Translations under genes and position numbers: made by a program
NCBI GenBank assembly: GCA_035998445.1
Contig: DASYHQ010000050.1
Location: 89,647 to 153,646 of the forward strand
Direction: 5' to 3'
Length of the DNA stretch: 64,000 bases
DNA from: Tepidisphaeraceae bacterium
GTDB taxonomy: Bacteria > Planctomycetota > Phycisphaerae > Tepidisphaerales > Tepidisphaeraceae
The notes under the pieces: model-generated
Seen by the model: the letters and a program-made list of their open reading frames with translations, nothing else
Told to the model about the DNA's origin: nothing
Databases searched by the model: none
Shown here: positions 48,420-57,980 of the stretch, piece by piece
Numbering within the stretch: the stretch's first letter is position 1
Layout of the letters: each line of letters opens with the position of its first letter

Positions 48420-50578
48420 CAGCCGCGCCCTCCTGCCGACCAGCGGCGTGCAAGCAGCATCTCGCTCATCAGCAGCACGCCACACAGCGCCAGTAACGAG
48501 CCCCACAGCTCGCGCCCCCGGCGGTCGCGCGAGAGCGACCATGGCACGGGCTGCTGACTTAGGTCAATGCGCTGCGCGCCCATCGCTCCGGATATCTCAT
48601 CCCACCGCGCGATCGACAAGGGCGTGATGTCCGACTCATCTCGCGACGGTCGCATGACGAACGGCGTCGTCCGCTGGCCCGTTCTCGTGCGATAGCGCAC
48701 CCGATACAAGCCATCGACAGAAGTGTCGTCGTACCGCACCTCGGTGCGCGCGCCGTTGCGGTAGACGGCTGGCGATACGGTGCGGCCGCTGGGGAGTTGT
48801 ACGCGTACGTCACCATCAATGGGCTCATCGATCGTGAGGACGATTGGCTCGCCCGGCGCCACGTTGCGCTCGCGGTCGCCCGATGCAAGGTGGCGCACCA
48901 TCGACTGCACGAACGGCAGGTAAAAGCTGGACAGCGGCAACGCCGACCAGTCCGCATCCAAGCCCGTCGTCATCAAGGCCACACGCCCACGACCCCAGGC
49001 CGACTCGACCAGGAACGGGCGGCCCGAAGCATAGGTCACCGCCACCGTGGCATCGGGCTGGCGCGGCGTGACCGGGAAGTATCGCCCAATGACCACGTTC
49101 GGAATAGGGTCAGGCCGGCCGCGCAGGAAGGAAAGCGCCGGGTGCAAGAAGTCGACGCCGAGGATCGCTGTCGCCTCTGCCCCACCGGCGGACGTGGGTG
49201 GTTGCAGTTCGGCGGGCAGAATGCCGGCGCCGTCGCGCCAGAGCTGCGCGTTGTACTGCTGCGCGTCCACCAGCGTGCCGGGCGCGATCAGGAGGCCGCC
49301 ACCTTCGTACACGAACTGCTCGATCGCCTTTACGCTGGCCGGGCTCAACTGTCCCACGTTGGCCAGCACCAGGACCTGCTGTGCGTCCAACATGGCGGGC
49401 TCAAACTGCTCGGCCGGCACCACCGTGACGGCGGCGGGGTCGACGCCCTTCTTGCCGGCGGCGGTGTAAGGCGCGACGGCAATGCGGAAGAACGTGGACT
49501 CCGACGCCGCCGCGTCGCCGCGCTCGTCACCGCTTAGTAATAGCACGCGTACCGGTGGCGTCACGCTGACGACGGCACGCAGCGCGTCGTCGGTTTGCAG
49601 GCCGGGCGCGGCGATGCGCGCCTCGATCAGGTGCGAGCCGGGCGTGGCAAAGCTGGTCGTGAAGCGGGCCGTCGCGGTCTCGCGCGCGGCGACGGCGAGC
49701 GTCTGCTGCGCGATCTCGCGCGCGCCGCGGTGCAGCGTGACCGGCACCGATGGCTGCGCCGTCGGGCCGTAGTTGCGCACGCGCACCTCGACGGTGGCCC
49801 GTTCGTCGACGATCGCTGGCGTCTGGACGAACTGCACCGATTCCACCGCGACGTTCTCGGCCAGTTCGCCCCCAACGGGAAAGATCGACAGTCGCGCGCC
49901 GGCCGATGCATCAATAGCCGCGTCTCGTCGCCACGCGCGGGCAAAGTCGAGCGTGACGTTACGCCAGTTGGTCGCCTGCCGATCGCAGACGATGAAGATT
50001 CGGCCATCTTGCTGCGGCGCGGCGCGTTGTAATAACCGATCGGCGCGGTTCAGTTCCTGCGCGAAATCGACGGCCCGCCCCGCCGGTCGGGCGGCTGCGA
50101 TGCGGGCGGCGGTCGTGCGCAGATCGGTGGTGGGCGAGAGTTCGGCATCGTCCTGTGCCTGACCGGCGAGCAGCAGCGCCACACGGTCCCCCTGCCGTAA
50201 CGTCGCCAGCAGCTTCAGGGCTGCCTCGCGAGCGGCTTCCATGCGCGATTGGTTACCCTCGACGATCGCCATGCTTGGCGAGCAGTCGAGCATCAGCACG
50301 ACCGTCGCAGGCCCGCCGGGCGCAAGGGCCGCCCACGATTCACTGGTGATCGGGCGGGCCATCGCCAGCGCCAGCAGCGCGACGATCAGCATCCGCATCG
50401 CCAGCAGCGCGTACTGCTTCAGCTGGCTTGACTGCCGATCGCGCGGGTCGGCCCCGTGCAGGAACATCATCGCGCCCCAGTCCACGCTGCGGTACCGCGC
50501 GCGGCTTAGCAGGTGTAGCACCAACGGCAACAACGCGCCGCCGAGGCCTGCGAGCATGAGGGGGTTGAGGAAGGTCAT
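48419..50578 (-). CDS. BatA-like protein: N-terminal double-TM anchor (TIGR02226-like MTFLNPLMLAGL...HLLSR) plus VWA domain
   Basis: N-terminal motif. The MIDAS motif VVLMLDCSPSM. 719 aa. Confidence 0.7.
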   Translation of the reverse strand: MTFLNPLMLAGLGGALLPLVLHLLSRARYRSVDWGAMMFLHGADPRDRQSSQLKQYALLAMRMLIVALLALAMARPITSESWAALAPGGPATVVLMLDCSPSMAIVEGNQSRMEAAREAALKLLATLRQGDRVALLLAGQAQDDAELSPTTDLRTTAARIAAARPAGRAVDFAQELNRADRLLQRAAPQQDGRIFIVCDRQATNWRNVTLDFARAWRRDAAIDASAGARLSIFPVGGELAENVAVESVQFVQTPAIVDERATVEVRVRNYGPTAQPSVPVTLHRGAREIAQQTLAVAARETATARFTTSFATPGSHLIEARIAAPGLQTDDALRAVVSVTPPVRVLLLSGDERGDAAASESTFFRIAVAPYTAAGKKGVDPAAVTVVPAEQFEPAMLDAQQVLVLANVGQLSPASVKAIEQFVYEGGGLLIAPGTLVDAQQYNAQLWRDGAGILPAELQPPTSAGGAEATAILGVDFLHPALSFLRGRPDPIPNVVIGRYFPVTPRQPDATVAVTYASGRPFLVESAWGRGRVALMTTGLDADWSALPLSSFYLPFVQSMVRHLASGDRERNVAPGEPIVLTIDEPIDGDVRVQLPSGRTVSPAVYRNGARTEVRYDDTSVDGLYRVRYRTRTGQRTTPFVMRPSRDESDITPLSIARWDEISGAMGAQRIDLSQQPVPWSLSRDRRGRELWGSLLALCGVLLMSEMLLARRWSAGGRG

Positions 50579-50685
50579 GGGAACGAGCGTTCTACGGTCA
50601 GCCTCTCGTTTACCAGGGTTCAGGCAAGGGGGGTCTCATGAGGATTTGCTCTCAAAGCACAACAGGCCGACACCTCGCGTGCTAT

Positions 50686-50895
50686 GTCATCCCGAGCGGA
50701 GCCTGAGGCGACGGGAGGGATCTCAATTGGCCGCGCAGTTCTCGCCCAGTGGAGCTGCCTCAGGTCGGCAAGCCTCCCAGCGGGATGACGCGGGTTCTGA
50801 TAACGCCCTTCATTAGCTACTCCGGCGTTTGCCGCCGTTCGAAATCACCCTCACTTAACCCTCTCCCGGCGTACCGGAAGAGGGACCGGAATTGG
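50686..50895. repeat. Family-C element (50686-50790) followed by a family-B hairpin (50835-50895) between DUF58 and the BatA-like gene
   Basis: gtcatcccgagcggagcctgaggc ... cgggatgacg, then cgaaatcaccctcac ... ctctcccggcgtaccggaagagg. Confidence 0.7.
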
Positions 50896-50916
50896 CTACC
50901 CAAGCATCCTTTGAAC

Positions 50917-51831
50917 CTATCGCCTCGCCGTACCACCGCCACTGCCGCCTCCGCGCATGTGCAGGAACTGCGTGAGCGAATCGATTAGCGGACGGTCGGT
51001 CATCAGCGTGTGGAACTCACTTCCGAGCGCGCGGGCGCCGTCGGTCAGGTCCTGGCGGTGCTGGCGGAAACGGTGCAGGTACGCCTCGCGCACGAGCGCC
51101 GGCTCGCAGACCGTCGCGGCCTCGCCTTCCAGTCCGCGGAAGCGCGACCAGGTGCGGAACGGAAACTCGACCTCGTCGGCGTCCAGCGTGCGCAGCAGGA
51201 TCGTCTCGTGGCGGTCGTGGCGCAGGCGTGCCAAGCACTCGCGCACCTGTTCGACCGGGTAGAACAGGTCCGAGACGATGATCACCAGCGCCCGCCGATC
51301 GAGCCGGTTGGCCACATCGTGCACCGCGGCCTGAAGCGACGACTGACCGGCGGCGGTGGAACGTTCGAGCACGTCGATAATGCGCGACAGCTGCGCCTGC
51401 CCCGCGTGCGGGCCGATCCAGCTGGCGACCCGCGACTTGAAGACGGCCAGGCCGACGCTCTCCGTCTGCCCCAGCATCAGGTACGCCAGCGACGCGGCGA
51501 GCGTCGAAGCGTAATCGAACTTCGACCCTGCTGCCGATCGGTAGGCCATCGATCCGCTCGCGTCGATCATCAGCACGCAGCGGAGATTGGTCTCCTCGTC
51601 GTACTCCTTGATGTACGGCCGATCGGTACGGCCCAGCACGCGCCAGTCGAGCCGGCGCGGTTCGTCGCCGGGCGTGTAGAAGCGATGCTGGCGAAACTCG
51701 ACGCTGGCGCCCTTCACCGGGCTCTTGTGCTGCCCGACGGTGCTGCCCTCCACGACGCGCCTCGCCGACAGCTGCAGGTGGTTCAGCCGTTCGATCAGGT
51801 TCGGTTCCAGCAGTCGCGAAACGTAACTCAT
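50917..51831 (-). CDS. DUF58-family protein (degenerate VWA, usual partner of a MoxR ATPase)
   Basis: RVVEGSTVGQHKSPVKGASVEFRQHRFYTPGDEPRRLDWRV and LMIDASGSMAY. Confidence 0.8.
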   Translation of the reverse strand: MSYVSRLLEPNLIERLNHLQLSARRVVEGSTVGQHKSPVKGASVEFRQHRFYTPGDEPRRLDWRVLGRTDRPYIKEYDEETNLRCVLMIDASGSMAYRSAAGSKFDYASTLAASLAYLMLGQTESVGLAVFKSRVASWIGPHAGQAQLSRIIDVLERSTAAGQSSLQAAVHDVANRLDRRALVIIVSDLFYPVEQVRECLARLRHDRHETILLRTLDADEVEFPFRTWSRFRGLEGEAATVCEPALVREAYLHRFRQHRQDLTDGARALGSEFHTLMTDRPLIDSLTQFLHMRGGGSGGGTARR

Positions 51832-51862
51832 CGGCAGCCTATTCTATGCGCGCCGGTGCGGG

Positions 51863-53506
51863 TCAGGCGTTGTCTTCGTCTGGCTCGTCGGCCATCGTGG
51901 GCGTGCGCAGGTCGATGACGACGGTGCCGGCCGCGGCGTCGCCGGCGCGCTGGCCGAGCGGGGAGAAGACGACCAGCAGGATCGGTAGTAGGAACGGTGC
52001 CAGCAGCGCGATGTCGACGATGCGCAGAACGTTGCGAACCAGGATCGCCGACACCGTCGGTCGCACGCCCTGCAGATCGACCACGGCCAGCCCAAAGATC
52101 GCCTTGCCGAGCGTGCGCCGGAAGATCAGTTCGGAGATAGTCGTGTGCAACAGGTAGACCGCGATGCCGATCAACCCTTGCGCCGTCGCGGCGAGCGTGG
52201 GGGAGACGATTTCGTCGGGCTGACGGCGCAGGTAGTACACGACGCCACCGATGATCAACGGTAACGCGTCGACCGTGGCCGCCGACATGCGAATCCAGAA
52301 CTTGGCGGCGCGTGGGCGGTCGCGGCGGGCCATCGTCTCGCGCACCACGTCGCGCTGCCGGTACGACGCCATGATCGTCACCGCCAGCATTACCACCACG
52401 CCGATGTTCACAATGCTGAACCACGCCGGCTCTTCATCGGGTGGCGCCAGCAGACGCACCGGTTGCGGTTCACCGACCGGCTGGCCGTCCCAGGTCAACC
52501 GTTGCTCGGTCACCTTACCGTCGGCGGCGACGTTGATGGTCCGCAGTGTGCCCAAGGCCGACGCGACGGTCGAACTTTGGCTTGCGGGCACGGCCGTCGT
52601 GGTAGCGAGCGTATTGGTGAAGTTGTCAACCGGGACGATCCGGCTGGCGCTGCCATCGCCGGTCCAGATCCAGGCGCGGTGCTCGCCCTGCACACCGCCG
52701 AAAAACGCAAGCGGGCCGCCATCGATAGGCGTGGTGGACGTTACCTGCCCATTGGCGGGGTTGATCGTGAACAGCGTCGAGTTGCCCGGCGAGCTCGTGA
52801 CGGAAACGATCACGCGGTCAGCCAGCGGGAGGATCTCGGCGCCGTTGATCAGGTCGAGCGGTGGCTGCGTGGGCAGTTGGACGATCGGCCTCCAGATGGC
52901 GCCGTCCAGCCGAAACAGCACGACGGCGGAACCGGTGGTGGCCGGTTGCGTCGCCGGGCCGGTGGCTGCCGCTGCGGGACCGGTGCTTGGGGCGGTAATC
53001 GTCGTCGTGGTTGTCGCGGCGCGGGGGCCGGTGGTGGGACGGGTCGCGGCGCGGGCGCTGTCGATGCCACCGGGCACGGTGCCGACGGCCCAGACGCTTT
53101 GCGCTTCGGCACCGATGGCCAGGATGCGGCCCCCCGCCGGCAACGGCGTGCCACCACCACTGCCACCGGGCCACACAGCGATCCAGTCACCGTCATCGGC
53201 CAGCAGGATCGCGCGGTCGGTCCAGCGCGACAGCGCGACCACGCGCTCGGGGATGCGCGCAACAACGGAGAAACGTTCCTGGCCGAACGTGCGCTTGTAG
53301 ATCGTGCTCTCGATCGGCGTGGTGGCGCTGCCGGTCGGCTTGCCAACGGCCAGCCAGAACCCGTCGGCCGACCCGGTTGCCGCGACGCTGCCTGCAGCGG
53401 CAGCGGTGGTGGCAGCCGTCGTCGTCGGCAGGGTCTGGGCCAGTGCCGGTGATGCGAGGAGGACCAGGAACAGGAGGACGAGAAGATTACGGGCCGCACG
53501 CTTCAT
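51863..53506 (-). CDS. Secreted protein with a C-terminal RDD-family membrane domain
   Basis: Signal peptide, a Thr/Ala-rich linker, beta-rich repeats, a C-terminal RDD-like region (RQRD ... RRTLGKAIFGLAVVD) and TM helices. Confidence 0.55.
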   Translation of the reverse strand: MKRAARNLLVLLFLVLLASPALAQTLPTTTAATTAAAAGSVAATGSADGFWLAVGKPTGSATTPIESTIYKRTFGQERFSVVARIPERVVALSRWTDRAILLADDGDWIAVWPGGSGGGTPLPAGGRILAIGAEAQSVWAVGTVPGGIDSARAATRPTTGPRAATTTTTITAPSTGPAAAATGPATQPATTGSAVVLFRLDGAIWRPIVQLPTQPPLDLINGAEILPLADRVIVSVTSSPGNSTLFTINPANGQVTSTTPIDGGPLAFFGGVQGEHRAWIWTGDGSASRIVPVDNFTNTLATTTAVPASQSSTVASALGTLRTINVAADGKVTEQRLTWDGQPVGEPQPVRLLAPPDEEPAWFSIVNIGVVVMLAVTIMASYRQRDVVRETMARRDRPRAAKFWIRMSAATVDALPLIIGGVVYYLRRQPDEIVSPTLAATAQGLIGIAVYLLHTTISELIFRRTLGKAIFGLAVVDLQGVRPTVSAILVRNVLRIVDIALLAPFLLPILLVVFSPLGQRAGDAAAGTVVIDLRTPTMADEPDEDNA

Positions 53507-54380
53507 CGACTTGGATCACTTTCGCCACACCGGGCTTGTTCAGGGGCAACACGAACGCTGCGTCTTTCGGGAAACCGTTGCGCGACAACAACGGGTCGCG
53601 CAGGCGAAGGATCATACGGGAACCGGTGTCCGGAAACGACAACGTGTACACCGTAGCGACCTTAGCGCCGGTGTCGGCGTTGCGCTGGGTGGTCACGGGC
53701 TCGTGGTTGGCCAGATCCGCCCGCAGCAGCACGCGGCCGTGCTCGCCGTAGAGCATCACGCGCACCGGCAGCAGCGACTTGCGGTCGTACCAGACCTCGC
53801 GCTGGGCAGCCCACTGGGTTGGCTGGCGCACGTTCCAGGTGACCATATAGACGTCCTGGTCGTTGTTGAACCGCAGCACGGGGGCCGGCAGGTTGAGGAA
53901 GTTGCTGTCGATGCGCCCCACGCCCAGCACCTGCGCGATCAGGGTCGGGTCGAGCGGGACCTGCTGCGAGCAAGGCGATCCGACGAACCGCATGCGCCCC
54001 CACCACATCGTGTCGACCTCAGGGCGAACGGTGAGCCAGTAGGTGTCGCCGTTGGTGCCGAGGGTCATGATCTCGCCAAGGCCGACCTTCTTGCAGTTAA
54101 GCCGAAAATCGCCACCGGCGCGATATTGCAGTTCACCGTCGCCGTCGACGTAGGTCTCCTTCTGGCGTTCGTCGACGATCCAGGCTTGAAACGTGTGCCG
54201 CGACCAGAGGGTGGGGAGTTTCTCGTTGTTGGCGTTGACCTCATCGACCACGGCAGCCAAGGGCAGCGTGGGACCGGCGTAGTAGGTGGTCGGGCGGATG
54301 TCCGGCGGCGACGGACAGCCCGTAGTCAGGGTTAGAATTACGAGAAGCAGACTCGCTATGAACGACGTGCGGTACATCAA
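53487..54380 (-). CDS. Hypothetical lipoprotein (297 aa)
   Basis: Signal plus lipobox LTLTTGC. It overlaps the downstream RDD gene by 20 nt. Confidence 0.55.
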   Translation of the reverse strand: MMYRTSFIASLLLVILTLTTGCPSPPDIRPTTYYAGPTLPLAAVVDEVNANNEKLPTLWSRHTFQAWIVDERQKETYVDGDGELQYRAGGDFRLNCKKVGLGEIMTLGTNGDTYWLTVRPEVDTMWWGRMRFVGSPCSQQVPLDPTLIAQVLGVGRIDSNFLNLPAPVLRFNNDQDVYMVTWNVRQPTQWAAQREVWYDRKSLLPVRVMLYGEHGRVLLRADLANHEPVTTQRNADTGAKVATVYTLSFPDTGSRMILRLRDPLLSRNGFPKDAAFVLPLNKPGVAKVIQVDEACGP

Positions 54381-54381
54381 T

Positions 54382-54894
54382 TCACCCCTCGTTCAATATT
54401 TCCGTGAGCTGTCGGCTGACGTCGGCGACCTGTTCTTCGCGCAAATGCGGGTTCAGCAGGTCCAGCGGTTCGTCGCGGCCGCGGAGCTTCATCGCCCAGA
54501 TCTCCTTACCGTCGTCGTTGCGGCTGCCCTCGTAGCTCAGGATGCGCTTACGCATCAAAATCAGCCCGAGCACGAAGCGGAAGTTCAGTTTGGGCTCTTC
54601 GGTGGCCTCGCCTAGGCGTTCGAAAAGTTCGGTGAGGATCGCGTCGTCGACGAACAGTTTCTTCTTTTGTTCCGGCCGGGGCATGGTGGTCTGCCAGAAG
54701 GCCAGCAGATCGGTCTTGTCGATCGCATCCCAATGGTCTGGCAGGACGTCGACGCGCTGCAACCCCGTCGGCGTGTCGCGTAACGCAGCGAAGAAGCGCA
54801 TGCCGGGCTCGATCGAGTTGCCGGAGACCGAGCACGTGCCGCCGGGGCGGGACATGTCGTACGTGCCGGGTTTGGGCGGGCTGGTGGTGGCCAA
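54382..54894 (-). CDS. Hypothetical 170-aa protein, first gene of the cluster
   Basis: ORF with protein-like composition. Its stop abuts the lipoprotein start. Confidence 0.45.
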   Translation of the reverse strand: MATTSPPKPGTYDMSRPGGTCSVSGNSIEPGMRFFAALRDTPTGLQRVDVLPDHWDAIDKTDLLAFWQTTMPRPEQKKKLFVDDAILTELFERLGEATEEPKLNFRFVLGLILMRKRILSYEGSRNDDGKEIWAMKLRGRDEPLDLLNPHLREEQVADVSRQLTEILNEG

Positions 54895-54963
54895 GTCGAA
54901 CCTCCTGTTTGACGGCGAGACGGTGATTCTTAATCTCCGTGCTTCATCGAAGTTTAGGCGAGC

Positions 54964-55242
54964 TCAATCGACGACAAAACTGCGCGATTCCGATCCTCCG
55001 TCGGCCACGTCGAATCGTACCGATTTGGCGCACTTTGGACAGCGGGCGGCATAGTGCGTGCCGTCGGCGGAGCGGTAGACGCGGACGTAGGTTCGGCAGC
55101 AGTTGAACATGACGCTGAGGAACGGGCGGGACGCGGGGGTTCCGGCGCTTGCTGCGCCGGTGGAACCCGACGCCGCTGAAGCGGTGTCGCCGTGGGTTCC
55201 GATCGTGACGCGATAGTCGCGTGGGTCGCGTGGTGTTGCCAT
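54964..55242 (-). CDS. Small zinc-ribbon-like protein (92 aa; CC-x17-CPKC)
   Basis: FNCCRTYVRVYRSADGTHYAARCPKCAK. The longer ORF upstream is GC-bias junk. Confidence 0.4.
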   Translation of the reverse strand: MATPRDPRDYRVTIGTHGDTASAASGSTGAASAGTPASRPFLSVMFNCCRTYVRVYRSADGTHYAARCPKCAKSVRFDVADGGSESRSFVVD

Positions 55243-55249
55243 GATTGTC

Positions 55250-55385
55250 CGCTCCGGCCCCTCTCCCGGTATTCCGGGGGAGGCTGAGAGGGGGTGAGTT
55301 TGCCTTAATAGATTCGCCAGCCGTTCGAAGCACCCCCACCCTAACCCTCCCCCGGAGTACCGGGAGAGGGAACCAGACGAACTCA
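55250..55385. repeat. Family-B palindromic pair
   Basis: ctctcccggtattccgggggagg and ccctcccccggagtaccgggagagg. Confidence 0.75.
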
Positions 55386-55394
55386 CTTGAAGCT

Positions 55395-56018
55395 TTACCG
55401 GCTCTGTTCGTACCGCGCCCAAATGCGCGGCGACACGCTTTGCACCAGCGTCAGCGCCCGCGAGCGCAGCTGATTTACCGTCGCCTCGATCGAGCGCACG
55501 TCGGCAGGGTCGGTAATCTCCGGCAAATTCGCCCGCACGCTGTAAATCGCACAGCGGACGGTCGCCATCGCCAGATCGGCACAGACGGCCAGGTCGCTCA
55601 GCAGGTATGGGTTCACGTGGTCCACCTGCGCGTCGGCGATCTCCAGCACGCGCACCGCGGTCGCGCCGATCGCTTCCGGCACGCGCACACACGCCAGAAT
55701 CGCCGCGTTCAGCGTCGCCTGCTTGTCGGGGCCGTCGGGCATCTTCTTGGCGTCGCGCAAGGCTTCGAACGCGGCCTGATCTTCGATGACCAGCTGCGCG
55801 AACAGGTTTCGCGCGTTCAGCAGTTCCCGCTGGGCGGCCGTCAGTTCGTCGGTGAAGGCCTCGTGGCCCTTGCGCCCCACGCTGTAGTTGATCACCATCT
55901 GCCCCATGGTGACTGCCAGCGCCCCCGCCAGCGCCGTAACGGCCCCACCACCCGGCGTGGGCGTGCGGGCAGCGGCGGCTTCGAGGAAATCGTGGATCGT
56001 GCTGGTAGTGTCTTTCAT
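55395..56018 (-). CDS. Cyclodeaminase/cyclohydrolase-family (FTCD C-terminal-like) protein
   Basis: GGGAVTALAGALAVTMGQMV and an all-helical ~200-aa domain. The start is set at MKDTT. Confidence 0.6.
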   Translation of the reverse strand: MKDTTSTIHDFLEAAAARTPTPGGGAVTALAGALAVTMGQMVINYSVGRKGHEAFTDELTAAQRELLNARNLFAQLVIEDQAAFEALRDAKKMPDGPDKQATLNAAILACVRVPEAIGATAVRVLEIADAQVDHVNPYLLSDLAVCADLAMATVRCAIYSVRANLPEITDPADVRSIEATVNQLRSRALTLVQSVSPRIWARYEQSR

Positions 56019-56067
56019 GGGCCCAACATGCGGTGCAATGCGATTCCGCGGCAACGGCGAACTGATT

Positions 56068-56148
56068 AAATGTGCCACCGGCGGCTTGCCCGCCCGTGTC
56101 TTTTCTTCGACGAAGACACCGGTGGACAAGCCGCCGGTGGCACACATT
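56068..56148 (-). terminator. Long nested stem-loop (18-bp outer stem tgtgccaccggcggcttg / caagccgccggtggcaca) downstream of the response-regulator gene
   Basis: Seen directly. There is an inner stem gtgtctt/aagacac. A U-containing tail follows on the minus strand. Confidence 0.5.
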
Positions 56149-56164
56149 CACAGGCGGCGCTCCC

Positions 56165-56674
56165 CTACGTCTCGGGATTGTCCTGCTCGATCTCGTTCAG
56201 GTAGGTCAGGGCCCGTTCCAGTTCGCTCTTGAGGTGACGGACGCGCAACAGGCTCTTTACGCGCGTCAGCAATTCGAGCTTGTTGACGGGTTTGCTGACG
56301 AAGTCGTCGGTGCCGCACTCGCTGGCCTGTTCGATATCGCCCAGCTCGTTCAGGGCCGTCACCATCAGGATCTGGATGTCCTTTGTCTTCGGGTCGCTCT
56401 TGAGCTTGCGGCAGACCTGATAGCCGCTCATCCGCGGCATCATGATGTCCAGCAGAATCAGATCCGGATTGTGCTCGGCGACCTTCTCCAGCGCGTCGAC
56501 CCCGTCTACCGCGATGGCAATGCGCACCGGCAGCGCTTCCAGGAACGCCTGCAGCAGTTCGACGTTCTGCGGGTTGTCGTCGACGATGAGCACGGTCGAC
56601 TGCGGCAAGAACGACTCGCTGTTAATGTCCGCCTGGGCGGCTGCGGGATCGGTCGGCGGAAATGCGTCGGTCAT
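56165..56674 (-). CDS. Single-domain response regulator (CheY-like receiver)
   Basis: VLIVDDNP ... LILLDIMMP ... the phospho-accepting Asp context, and KP. Confidence 0.9.
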   Translation of the reverse strand: MTDAFPPTDPAAAQADINSESFLPQSTVLIVDDNPQNVELLQAFLEALPVRIAIAVDGVDALEKVAEHNPDLILLDIMMPRMSGYQVCRKLKSDPKTKDIQILMVTALNELGDIEQASECGTDDFVSKPVNKLELLTRVKSLLRVRHLKSELERALTYLNEIEQDNPET

Positions 56675-56813
56675 GCGACAAGTTATATCCGACGGGCACC
56701 GCCCTTTCGAGTTTTTGAGGCCAGTCGACGACCGACGACCGGTTATCGGACGGTGACCTCCTCGCCATTCGGGCGAGGGCCGGACTTGGTTGCGGTGCCA
56801 GATAACCCGAGTG

Positions 56814-56918
56814 TCATCCCGAGGAAAGCGGCAGCGACCCGAGGGATCTAGAACATGGGAGAGTCACTCGGATGTGGGAGATCCCTCACGTCGCTACCGC
56901 TCCCGTTCGGGATGACGC
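56814..56918. repeat. Family-C MITE-like element
   Basis: gtcatcccgaggaaagc ... gggatctag ... gagatccctc ... cgggatgacg. Confidence 0.7.
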
Positions 56919-56971
56919 GCACTTCCCTTCGGGCACGCCTCGGAAGGAGAGGGGACCGAAACGAGCCCGTC

Positions 56972-57814
56972 TCAATCCGCGAACAGTTTCGAAAGAAAAC
57001 GACAACTCTCATCCGCGGCGGCCTGGGGGTTCTGCGTGTGCGTGTAGAGCTCGACGGTCGCGAAGCGATCGTATTGAATAGCCCGCAGCGACTGTTTCAG
57101 TTCATCCCACGGGAAAGTGCCCTGACCCGGGATCATGTGGTAATGCTTGCGGCCCGGCAGATCCTCGACGTGCAAATTCCAGATCCGCCCCTGCATCAGC
57201 GACACGACGTCCGCGATTGGCTCGCCAATGACGACGCTATGACCAATGTCCAAATTCGCCCCCAACCGCTGGCTGCCTAGCCGGTCACACCAGTCGCGCA
57301 GTTCGGCGATGTACTCGACGTATAGGCCGGGCTCGCACTCAATACCGACATCGATCCCCATCGACTCAGCAGAGTCCAAAATAGGTTTAATCGATTCCAC
57401 GAACTGAGGGGCCGCCCGGTCGGGTGGCATGCCCCCGAGCAGCCGGCCGCTCGTAATGCTGATGTTGCGCGCCCCGATGGCCGCGGCGAAGTCGAGCGTC
57501 TTCAAAATCATCCGCTGGCGGTCGGCCCGCATCGTCGCGTCCGGGCTGATCAAACTCGGCTCAAAGTACGGTTCCGCCGGCGCGTGCCGCCAGTAACCGA
57601 ACGAGCAGTTGGCGTTGACGTTGGAGACCGTCAGTTCCAGCCGTTCCAGTTCATCCAGCACGCGCGCTGTGAAGGCGGTGTCGATCGCGTCCGGATATGC
57701 GTGCGGCACGTCCGCGAGAATCTCGACGCCCTCGAACCCGGCGCGCTTAATGCCCGCCAGCGCGTCGAACAGCGTGTGCTTCGTGTAGGCGTTAGTGGAG
57801 AAGGCGAGCTTCAT
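56972..57814 (-). CDS. Sugar phosphate isomerase/epimerase (xylose-isomerase-like TIM barrel)
   Basis: MKLAFSTNAY ... the AP-endonuclease-2/Xyl-isomerase TIM pattern. 280 aa. Confidence 0.8.
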   Translation of the reverse strand: MKLAFSTNAYTKHTLFDALAGIKRAGFEGVEILADVPHAYPDAIDTAFTARVLDELERLELTVSNVNANCSFGYWRHAPAEPYFEPSLISPDATMRADRQRMILKTLDFAAAIGARNISITSGRLLGGMPPDRAAPQFVESIKPILDSAESMGIDVGIECEPGLYVEYIAELRDWCDRLGSQRLGANLDIGHSVVIGEPIADVVSLMQGRIWNLHVEDLPGRKHYHMIPGQGTFPWDELKQSLRAIQYDRFATVELYTHTQNPQAAADESCRFLSKLFAD

Positions 57815-57834
57815 GTGTGGTACGGGCGGCTTCT

Positions 57835-57960
57835 GGCACCTCTCCCCTTACTCATGGGAGAGGCTGGGTGAGGGTGATTTCGTTCCAAATGAGAGGCGCC
57901 AGCAGTTCGAAATCACCCTCACCTAGCCTCTCCCGGAGTACCGGGAGAGGGACCGGAGGA
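57835..57960. repeat. Family-B composite palindrome
   Basis: ctctccccttactcatgggagagg, ctgggtgagggtgatttcg ... cgaaatcaccctcacctag, ctctcccggagtaccgggagagg. Confidence 0.8.
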
Positions 57961-57980
57961 GCTCGTCTGCTAGCGATCAG

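Noticed and set aside
54964-56151. 395-aa minus-strand ORF spanning the FTCD-like gene region
   Set aside because: Its composition is Arg/Gly/Ala junk and it overlaps the real FTCD-like frame. Only the terminal 92 codons (zinc-ribbon-like) look like a real protein.
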